DNA of 63,260 nt, filler included, from Stramenopiles sp. TOSAG23-3 (Eukaryota): NCBI GenBank assembly GCA_900128585.1. It is 9 parts of 9 records of this genome, joined end to end, with 100 filler letters (N's around TTAATTAATTAA, not from the genome) between each part and the next. Parts side by side here need not be neighbours in the genome. Positions count along the whole stretch, not along the records: positions 51,532 to 59,998 come from LT643015.1; positions 60,099 to 61,629 come from LT645725.1; positions 61,730 to 63,260 come from LT645726.1; 6 more parts are not named here. One strand, given 5' to 3'. The notes under the pieces were generated by a model. The model had not been told where the DNA came from and ran no database searches. It was given only the letters and a program-made list of their open reading frames with translations. Numbering within the stretch: position 1 is the stretch's first letter; the number at the start of each line of letters is the position of its first letter. Positions 55,264 to 63,260 of this stretch are shown here, piece after piece. Position numbers and translations under genes: made by a program.

Positions 55264-57285
55264 ATGGCCCGGCGACCTGGTGGACCAAAAGGCTTCGGGG
55301 GGGTTCCTATGGACAGTCTTCGCCCTCTCCGGGAATCGAAATTTAGACCCAACCGCTCCCCGAGAGACCCAAACCACGGGGGATCTCGCGGCAGGCAGCC
55401 CGTAGACAGCGGGGGTAGACACGCCCGAAGGGCACTGGGCACCAGCAACGTAAGACTTCTGAACGCCCCAGTGGGGGGCGGCGCAGCAACCCAGGTCGCC
55501 GTGGATAGTGACTACGAGGCCCCACCAATAAACCCTTTTCCGCAACGGCGTGCTGGAGTGTCTTGGGCGTACGGGCTAAAGCCCCCGAACGAAGGGGAGG
55601 GCCGGTCATCGTATTTAAAAGGACCGGGAATAGGGAGTCTGCTCTTGACAGTGCACAGCCCGAAGAGCCCCCACAGCCTAAGCTTGCGGCGGCACTCGCA
55701 GGGTAGTCCAAGGCGGAGGAACATCGGGATAAAACGTTCTGATCTGATAAGTCGAGGGGGCGACGAAATGCCCACGGACGACAGCAACGTCGCCGGGCGA
55801 ACCGCGCTGCTTCGAAAAAAGGCACAGGCCGACATTTGGAGGAACAGGGTGCGCAACGCTTTGAAATTGTTGCACGAGAAAATGGCAGCGCACCCGTCCC
55901 TCGCCCGTGCGTTCAACTTCTGGGACAACGACGAGAACGGAACGCTGAGCCGTGAGGAAATGAGGAGGGCGCTGGGGATGATGAACGTTCACCTGAACGA
56001 TATCGAAATGGAGGCTATATTTATGTACTTTGACGAGGACCAGAGTGGCGAGGTCAGCTCCAAAGAGTTCCTCGAAGCAATACGGGACCACGAGCCCGAG
56101 CACGAGCTTGGTGAGGGTAGGGGGAAGTTGCCGGGCCAGGGGGAAGAAATGAGCGAGGTTTCAAGCGTCGACGTCCTCGGGGGCCGCAGCGAAGAAGATG
56201 TCAGTGCGGAGAAATTGAGCCATGCCATGAATTTTTTACGAAAAAAGTTTCAAAACGCCAAGACGAGCCAGCTGTACAGCCTCCTTCGGCAGTACGACGT
56301 GGACAACGACGGCTTCATAGACCCAGACGAGTTGCGCTCCATCCTGACCATGCTGAGCATCCCCTTGACCAAAGCGGAAGTCCTGGTCTTGATGAACACC
56401 GAATTCCAAACGGACCAGGAAAACCGGATAAAGTATGACACGTTAATAAACCGACTGCAAGACGAAAAAATCAGGGAGTGGGACAACACATTTTTGAAGT
56501 TTGAACGACTGTACAAAGAAAGGACGGCTGGTAGGGACGCAAATGCGCTTCAAGACGAGCGGGACAGGATCCAAAAGAGAAGCATCCTTCGCATCGGGAC
56601 CAAGGACTTGGCGCCTCGGTTGGTTGCAGTCTTGAAGAAAAATATGGGGCGGATAATGCACGCCTTCAAAAGGTACGATACAAACGGGGACGGGGTGCTT
56701 GACAAGCAAGAGTTCGCGGACATGCTGTCAAAATTTGCGGTGACAGAGGAGGGCCATGAAATTACGAGGCAGGACATCGACATGATGTTTTATTTCTTTG
56801 ACAAAGACGAGGGTGGCACCCTGGAGATGGACGAAATGGTCCGCGCCGTGTTTGAGCTTCGCAGCGCGTCAACAAACGACAACGGGTACAACACGAACCC
56901 GAACCAGCAGAGTCATGGCGAAGCAGCCGTACAAAATGCAATGGGATCAGCTAGAAGCATTACCAACAGTTCTTGGAACCGAGACAAGGGTGGTCGAACA
57001 GGCGGGGGCTCTGCGTCCCAAGTGACCATTTTTGCTCCGTCCGCAAACAAGCTCAACGTTGGTGTGGCCGACCCCGTCAACCACATACATTCGTATCGAG
57101 ATCGCCGGGAGCATTTGAAGAATTGGCGGCCGACGGACAAAGAAGTGGAATATATTCAACAAGCTGTTGTTTACAACCCTCAAAATGTCGGGCGACAGCA
57201 GAATCTGATTCGACGGAACGAAATGCGCAACACTGGGAGGGGGGACGGCCGAGGAGGCAGCAGCCCCCGAACCCATCAATTTTAA
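55264..57285 (+). CDS. Multi-EF-hand calcium-binding protein
   Basis: EF loops DNDENGTLSREE, DEDQSGEVSSKE, DVDNDGFIDPDE, DTNGDGVLDKQE, DKDEGGTLEMDE. Confidence 0.92.
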   Translation: MARRPGGPKGFGGVPMDSLRPLRESKFRPNRSPRDPNHGGSRGRQPVDSGGRHARRALGTSNVRLLNAPVGGGAATQVAVDSDYEAPPINPFPQRRAGVSWAYGLKPPNEGEGRSSYLKGPGIGSLLLTVHSPKSPHSLSLRRHSQGSPRRRNIGIKRSDLISRGGDEMPTDDSNVAGRTALLRKKAQADIWRNRVRNALKLLHEKMAAHPSLARAFNFWDNDENGTLSREEMRRALGMMNVHLNDIEMEAIFMYFDEDQSGEVSSKEFLEAIRDHEPEHELGEGRGKLPGQGEEMSEVSSVDVLGGRSEEDVSAEKLSHAMNFLRKKFQNAKTSQLYSLLRQYDVDNDGFIDPDELRSILTMLSIPLTKAEVLVLMNTEFQTDQENRIKYDTLINRLQDEKIREWDNTFLKFERLYKERTAGRDANALQDERDRIQKRSILRIGTKDLAPRLVAVLKKNMGRIMHAFKRYDTNGDGVLDKQEFADMLSKFAVTEEGHEITRQDIDMMFYFFDKDEGGTLEMDEMVRAVFELRSASTNDNGYNTNPNQQSHGEAAVQNAMGSARSITNSSWNRDKGGRTGGGSASQVTIFAPSANKLNVGVADPVNHIHSYRDRREHLKNWRPTDKEVEYIQQAVVYNPQNVGRQQNLIRRNEMRNTGRGDGRGGSSPRTHQF

Positions 57286-58093
57286 GGGTATTTAGTAGAG
57301 ATACACATACACACCATTCCGTTTAGGCAAGAAAATTGGCTGTTATTAAAAACAAGAAAATTGGCTGTTATTTAAAAGTAATTAAAATTAAATGCACTGC
57401 GAACTGAAATCTATCTTTGCTTTTTTGGTCTGACTAATCGATACACCCTTGTCACTTAGTATTGACTATCATTCTCAGATGTACTCCATTTATGGTCTGA
57501 ATCAGTCTAGATGGATTAACACTGCTTCCACATGACCCATAATCAACTTCCTCATCCGGTGTTCCACTCGTAGATAAGTAATTAAAATTTATGTACCGTT
57601 TAGACTTAATACGAAGTACATCTTCCATTTTTACTGCTACACTAATACTCATATAAAAAATTAATAAACACCAGGATTTAGCAGCGTCGTGCTCTGGTCC
57701 ATCATCACGACACTTGTTCCCATTCGCCTGGTGTACCGGCAGAGCCTCCGTCTGCAGCGCATCGAGCATCCAAGTGACGCTTTGGTCATAAATATGCACA
57801 TATGAATTTCTTAAATTTATTTATTGCGCCTTCAAAGGAGAGACGGTTTCTTTGGGCCAGAAGATGAGTTACATGTTGAAGGTTTGTAGAAAGCAAAGTA
57901 CCTCCCTTGGCTTTAAGATCTAAACCAAATGCAAACCAGCGCACTACCAGCGAGGTCAACACTAAGCCTGTTAAAATACAAAGAAGAAAAAACCTGAAAA
58001 AATATATAAAAAAGCGCATTTTACTCATTTTTTATAAAAAAGAAATAATTTTAGCCTCTTCTCTCGACGACCAGAGTGCGAACAGCGGGCTGT

Positions 58094-58924
58094 TTAGTTC
58101 CTCTTTCTCACCGACTTGCGAGGAGACGAAGATCCCCTCTTTTTCGTTTGGGAAAGGTGGCTGGCGTCAATCCAGTCTTGGGCGCTGCCTTTGCCGCTGG
58201 AGTCGGAGTTAATGGCCCTTCGCTTTCCACCGACAACACAGTTAAAGAGGACGTACGTCAACGTGAGTGCGAAACCAACGCCGACCGTCATGGTGAACAC
58301 AGATTGCGCATCCATTTCCGATGCTGGTTCGTAGAACTTTACGGTTTGGTTAAAGAAGTGAGAGCTAAAAGTTTCTTCGTCGTCCTCGTAAAATACAGTC
58401 AGACAAAGTACGAAATCAACGGGCTCGATGTCTTCACGTGGGGTGAACGAGAACTCGATGGAGCGCTCTTCGCCCGCTGGGATTTCAACTTGTGGTTGGT
58501 ATACGCGTCCGCCTTGTTGGTCTGGCCCCGTGGTGAAGTTTTGCACGTAGAACCCAAAGTTGAAAGGGGAGTTCAGGGATCCCATGGCACGGGTCACGTT
58601 GATGGAGTGTTCCCCGTTGTTGATAAGGCCAACAACAACACTCGCTTCTTCGCCAACTGGAAGGCCGCTTTCAATACCTTTGGTGAAAAAGTACGAGGTG
58701 ATAACGTCTGGGGAAGCTTCAGGCATATCTGTAAGCGGGTGCAAGTTCACTTGGTCGGGTTCGTAAGCGTTGTCGTAATCTTCTTCTTCCGCAGCCTCCT
58801 CCGTGGTTTCTGCGGCTGCATCATCGTAATCATCTTCCTCTTCCGCCGCGCGAACGGTTGGGAAAACGACCATTGTCGCAATCAAGGCGCACAAAAGCGC
58901 AATCAAAAGTACACGGGTGTTCAT
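58094..58924 (-). CDS. SSR1: Translocon-associated protein alpha (TRAP-alpha)
   Basis: Signal peptide, acidic N-terminus, SPDV, GSLNSPFNFGFYVQNFT, FFNQTVKFYE, TM, then DWI. Confidence 0.9.
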   Translation of the reverse strand: MNTRVLLIALLCALIATMVVFPTVRAAEEEDDYDDAAAETTEEAAEEEDYDNAYEPDQVNLHPLTDMPEASPDVITSYFFTKGIESGLPVGEEASVVVGLINNGEHSINVTRAMGSLNSPFNFGFYVQNFTTGPDQQGGRVYQPQVEIPAGEERSIEFSFTPREDIEPVDFVLCLTVFYEDDEETFSSHFFNQTVKFYEPASEMDAQSVFTMTVGVGFALTLTYVLFNCVVGGKRRAINSDSSGKGSAQDWIDASHLSQTKKRGSSSPRKSVRKRN

Positions 58925-60215
58925 ACTGTTCCTGGTCTTTGTATATAGTGTTTCGATAAATCTTCAATTCTTAAGTCCTCGGTATGTTACTGTTTGTGCG
59001 CGTATGCGTCTGTGAGCCGATTGTGAAAAAATTAGCGATACCATCCATACGTAGAAAGAAGTATGTTAATGTATACATCACTAGTCATGGATGGTCGGGT
59101 ACTGCAATTGGATTGGATTCGAGAATATTAATTACAGTGTATTATATAATATTTTTTTTATTTCTTCTTCTTTTCTTCTTCTTCTTCTTCTTCTTTCTTC
59201 TATTTTTTTTATTATTATTATTATTTATTATATTTTTTTTTGTTGGGGTAGGGGTAGGGAGGAAGAGGATGGGCGGCCGGCATCGTTTGTCGTGTGTTTT
59301 AGATCAATAATATAGATTATTATTTTTTCCTCTTTCTTTTATTTTTTTTATCGAAGAAGAGTTTATTGTACAGGTTATAGGCAGTAGTCGTTCTACTATC
59401 GCTTTATTACGTACAATATTCTCTTCGCTCTTTTCGCCCTCTTTCTTCCTTGTAAGAAATATTGTATCTTCTTTCGATCTCTTCTTTACTTTAATCTCTT
59501 TTGTAGTTTTATTAATTATAGTATATATATTTTAAATAGGTAATTTATGTTTTTTATCCGATTTGAGATTCCTTCTCAACCACACACACCACCGAATTAA
59601 ATGTTGTCTCTTCAATAATTAAGGTATACATATATATATCATGTAATGATTAATATAATTATATACATTCTATAGAATATAGAAACATAATAAATATTAT
59701 TTGATTATGTATATAGTTTTACTTAATTTATGAAGGGAACAAGAGATGGTGATTTTATAAAATAATACAGTTGAGGAAAAAGATCTTTCATAAATAATTA
59801 ATATTGAAGCAAATAGTATGGCATAGCATGGATCCTTTTGCTACTCACGCTCCTTTTTCGCTACTTTTATAATAAGCGAGACGACTGTTTCTATTTCTAT
59901 GTTAATTCTCTATTTATACCACTTGACATCCATGCTGTTCTACTGACTACACTTTTAAAATTATGAACGGAACTACGAAAACTCTGCTGTGCTGTGCTNN
60001 NNNNNNNNNNNNNNNNNNNNNNNNNNNNNNNNNNNNNNNNNNTTAATTAATTAANNNNNNNNNNNNNNNNNNNNNNNNNNNNNNNNNNNNNNNNNNNNAT
60101 ACCGCGAAAATGAATCTACTCATTTTGTCCATCAAAGGTTTGTTTACGTTCCTTCATGTACTGCGAACATATCTTTGATTTTTTTCTTCGGGAAGATAAG
60201 CTCTTGGCCAGTATT

Positions 60216-61589
60216 TTACATTGCGTCGCTACTAAGCATGGAATCTGCAAATGTGGCCACTGCCTCTTTCGTACCAGATGTCCAAATATTCACACCGTCT
60301 CCACCGGGGCTTCGTGTAATTACAGAGACGAATGGGACAAAACAGGCATGGTCAAAACAGAGAGGTTTCTCGCCAAAGTTGGCATCAGACCAGTCAAGGT
60401 TCGAGAAACACCACGAGCTTACAATAAACGTGAGTGCGTTTGAATCAAATTTGGTCACAGCCTTTCCCCCCATTTTCTGTTGCTCTCTCATCCAGAGGAC
60501 CCGCGCGGCTAGTTGTTTTGGGCCATATTCAAGGATTTTTTGTCGCAAATGCAACGAAATATCTTTAATACTCATTGAAAACAATTCTACAACAGATACT
60601 GTGACAGAAAGTTGGGCAATGGCATTTCCAAAGTACCCTAAGGCTAATGGAGGGTCCATTCTCCGCCGGATGTTCACCGCCCGCACGATCGTTGTGGGTG
60701 CATCGCTATCAAGTGGCAGGTTCAACTGAACACATCGAGCCTTGGCCATAGACCTCCATATTTTTGCTGTAATTACATCGTCACTCGAGATGTACGTGCC
60801 ACCACTCAAACCTACGCTAATGGCACTTTTCCACTGCTTTACAGTTGCACTATTTATAGAAACCACGCACGCCTCTTTGCCGAGAATTTTTCCCATCACC
60901 GGCAAAAACTCCGGGACATTTTTTTCCCCGGCAGGCACCAGTTTAAATTTATCTAAATCTTTCAGATTTTCTACATCGGGCTCTGCCAGCGGGTCGTCGA
61001 TTTCGAAGTGCATGTATCTTTCATAGTTCAGGACGTTGGGCACTATGGCCTCTCCCCGAAAAACTGTCGACCAACCATGCACGAAAGAAAAAATTGCTTC
61101 CATGTCACAAACCCCGTGTTGAATCAAAATGCCAATAGCCGTGCCACCCCCTTTGTACATGGTAACTTTTATCGCCATGACCGGCGCTTCAACCTTTGCT
61201 GTGTCCGGATCCATAACTGTTCTCGAGGTGTGGAAAAATCCTTCCGTTTTGGACGTTTCAAAACGGTTTTTCCCTGTGTCTGAACGGGCACAGTGAGCAA
61301 CGTCGTCCATAACGTTACCACCCTTTTCTACTACGCTCCAAGGCACACCATTGTTTGAAAGGTCTACCGACTTTCCACTCACATTGTATTGCCCACACAA
61401 GACTTGGTAACTTTCTAAAGTTTTCTTTAAGGAGGAAACCAGAGCAAAAGGGTCCAAAGATTTCTTAAAGTACCATATAGATGGCACACTTCTGCCACGC
61501 GTACTTAAATCGAGTGGCGATAACGCCACCTTACCACTTGCAACAGACTCTTCGGCGACTGTGACTGTAAAAGAAGAAGAGACCGACAT
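60216..61589 (-). CDS. BAHD/transferase-family acyl-CoA acyltransferase
   Basis: LSPLD N-terminus, HxxxD motif (QHGVCD), GYFGNA, and a DFGWG-like DANFGEKP. Confidence 0.88.
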   Translation of the reverse strand: MSVSSSFTVTVAEESVASGKVALSPLDLSTRGRSVPSIWYFKKSLDPFALVSSLKKTLESYQVLCGQYNVSGKSVDLSNNGVPWSVVEKGGNVMDDVAHCARSDTGKNRFETSKTEGFFHTSRTVMDPDTAKVEAPVMAIKVTMYKGGGTAIGILIQHGVCDMEAIFSFVHGWSTVFRGEAIVPNVLNYERYMHFEIDDPLAEPDVENLKDLDKFKLVPAGEKNVPEFLPVMGKILGKEACVVSINSATVKQWKSAISVGLSGGTYISSDDVITAKIWRSMAKARCVQLNLPLDSDAPTTIVRAVNIRRRMDPPLALGYFGNAIAQLSVTVSVVELFSMSIKDISLHLRQKILEYGPKQLAARVLWMREQQKMGGKAVTKFDSNALTFIVSSWCFSNLDWSDANFGEKPLCFDHACFVPFVSVITRSPGGDGVNIWTSGTKEAVATFADSMLSSDAM

Positions 61590-62038
61590 CCCCAACTGTG
61601 AGTTTTTTAAGTTAAAGAAAGAGAACAGCNNNNNNNNNNNNNNNNNNNNNNNNNNNNNNNNNNNNNNNNNNNNTTAATTAATTAANNNNNNNNNNNNNNN
61701 NNNNNNNNNNNNNNNNNNNNNNNNNNNNNCAATTTTTTTTCTCTCTTTCGTCTCTTTTAGTTGTGCGTTTGTTATTTATATTCTAATTAGTAGTTTGTTG
61801 TTATTAGAGAATTTTTATTATTTTATTTAACCGTCCACACTCTTGGAATGCTACCGGTACCTGGTACGTACACTTTAATCAGAGAAATAATTAACTAGTT
61901 AGAAACATGATCGTTATCTGTTTGTTTTTCTGTAGTTATCGTCTGGTACAATTAAATTTGAAGTTGTTTTGCATCTGAAATCACGAAGGCTAGTCGGCTC
62001 TTTCTTATTATTATTCTTTATTTTTTTTCGACACTGCC

Positions 62039-62839
62039 ATGGCCTCTATTGTCGGCGGCGAACAAAACAATAATGGAATAGACGCTGAAGGTATCGTGAA
62101 TAAATTACAGGTCGGTGGAAAAGGTAAGCACGATTACGTGTGGCACTATACGGGTCATCTGAAATATGACTACAAAGCGAAGGATGATAGCGACAATGTT
62201 GCAAATACCCTGGGGAACCGGTTTTTGTGCCACCAGTGCCTCTCTGCGACGGGGAAATTATTGAAGTGTCCCAAGTGTGGAATAGGGTTTTGCAGCCAAA
62301 CTTGTTTTAAACAAGCGTGGAAAAAGCACAAGAAGAAGTGCCCTGCGTTTTTGGCCGTAAGAAAAGATCGGTTCTCCGAAGAGTCCATGACGTTCTACAA
62401 AGAATCAATTGTGGTGTATTTTCAGTCGTTAAGAATATACTGGTGCCCGTACGCTGTTAATCGTAGCCAGGTGTTGGGGAGTGATGGGTTTTTACTTGTT
62501 CAGGCCAAGACCCCTATCGACGAATTTATTCACGACGTCCCGGTAAGTTTTGACGGGAAGCCATTGAACAGGTCGTTTGTAGTAGAATACTTGCCCATCA
62601 ACGAATTTACGGAAAGGTTGAAAACGAATTTCGAGCTCGGTGTAGTCCTAGATGATTTGATTGCAGCTGTGAATAATTGTGATAAGAAAAAATACATGGT
62701 CGTTCTCGTCATGGCGCCCTGCGGGTTCATGACGGTAGTGTCCGTTCCCTTGGTCCCGGACTATGGCATTTGTGCGAAACTAGGCGTTGAGCACCGAGAG
62801 CTGCCAATTATGGTGTTTAATATTGATAGCACGGATTAG
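62039..62839 (+). CDS. MYND-type zinc finger protein
   Basis: CHQC...LLKCPKCGIGFCSQTCFKQAWKKHKKKC. Confidence 0.85.
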   Translation: MASIVGGEQNNNGIDAEGIVNKLQVGGKGKHDYVWHYTGHLKYDYKAKDDSDNVANTLGNRFLCHQCLSATGKLLKCPKCGIGFCSQTCFKQAWKKHKKKCPAFLAVRKDRFSEESMTFYKESIVVYFQSLRIYWCPYAVNRSQVLGSDGFLLVQAKTPIDEFIHDVPVSFDGKPLNRSFVVEYLPINEFTERLKTNFELGVVLDDLIAAVNNCDKKKYMVVLVMAPCGFMTVVSVPLVPDYGICAKLGVEHRELPIMVFNIDSTD

Positions 62840-63025
62840 GTGCAGAAGTTGCGAGTTGTGTTTTTTTAAAGAAATAACAGCCATTTGCTTGTTTTTAAAT
62901 AAGGGCCATTTTTCTGTGTTTTTAAATAAGATTCTTACAATAAGAAATTATTCTCTCTCTGTTTTCTTAAATGATACAAATGTTTTTTTGTTTTTAAAAA
63001 GAAAAGAAATTCGTCGCCCCGACAA

Positions 63026-63260
63026 TCACTTCTTCAGTATCCTCGACAGGCATTTCCGGACAAGTTTTTCTATCGTATCTTCTCGTGCGTATCCCCTCCA
63101 GCACACATGCCCATCCGGCCTTACTAACACGGCCAAATTCTTTAACGTTGCCGTATGAAACCCGTGCGCACCGTCATCGCGTTGGCAAACAAAGTGGGTG
63201 GATGCAATACCCTCAATGTCTTGGTCTAAATAGGTGTCCAACTCACCAATGTCGGTCCCG
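63026..63260 (-). CDS. C-terminus of an FAD-dependent monooxygenase (aromatic-ring hydroxylase C-domain), partial
   Basis: AVLVRPDGHVCWR matches the LVRPDGHVAWR signature. The frame is open to the window end. Confidence 0.75.
   Translation of the reverse strand, partial: GTDIGELDTYLDQDIEGIASTHFVCQRDDGAHGFHTATLKNLAVLVRPDGHVCWRGYAREDTIEKLVRKCLSRILKK

Noticed and set aside
57452-58028. Two overlapping short minus-strand ORFs
   Set aside because: No recognisable motif. May be decayed sequence, but it cannot be supported as a gene.

Overview
Eukaryotic DNA from a compact, intron-poor genome, most consistent with a marine heterotrophic protist (stramenopile/MAST-like; the taxon is inferred). The window is a pseudomolecule of about nine pieces joined by artificial 100-bp N44-TTAATTAATTAA-N44 linkers. 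The first seven pieces are ~8.5 kb and sorted by decreasing length, so adjacency across linkers has no biological meaning. About 30 mostly single-exon genes sit between very AT-rich, (GAA)n-rich spacers. Recognisable products: SLC44 choline transporter-like, RCC1-HECT (HERC) ligase, ankyrin protein, CYB5D2/neuferricin-like, SPF30/SMNDC1, BCKDHB, leishmanolysin, L-rhamnonate dehydratase, SUN protein, anoctamin, TAF10, desaturase, EF-hand protein, TRAP-alpha, BAHD acyltransferase and MYND protein. The main find is one ORF (21039-22535) that fuses an NAA80-like actin N-terminal acetyltransferase to an ACTMAP/C19orf54-like actin maturation protease, two consecutive steps of actin N-terminal processing. 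Other notable items: a Kelch-TruA fusion, a secreted protein with a split reelin-like domain, a TIL/peptide-repeat precursor, a GP63 with a multi-TM and IQ tail, and GpC depletion in intergenic DNA. All protein family calls come from motif recognition by eye, not database searches.
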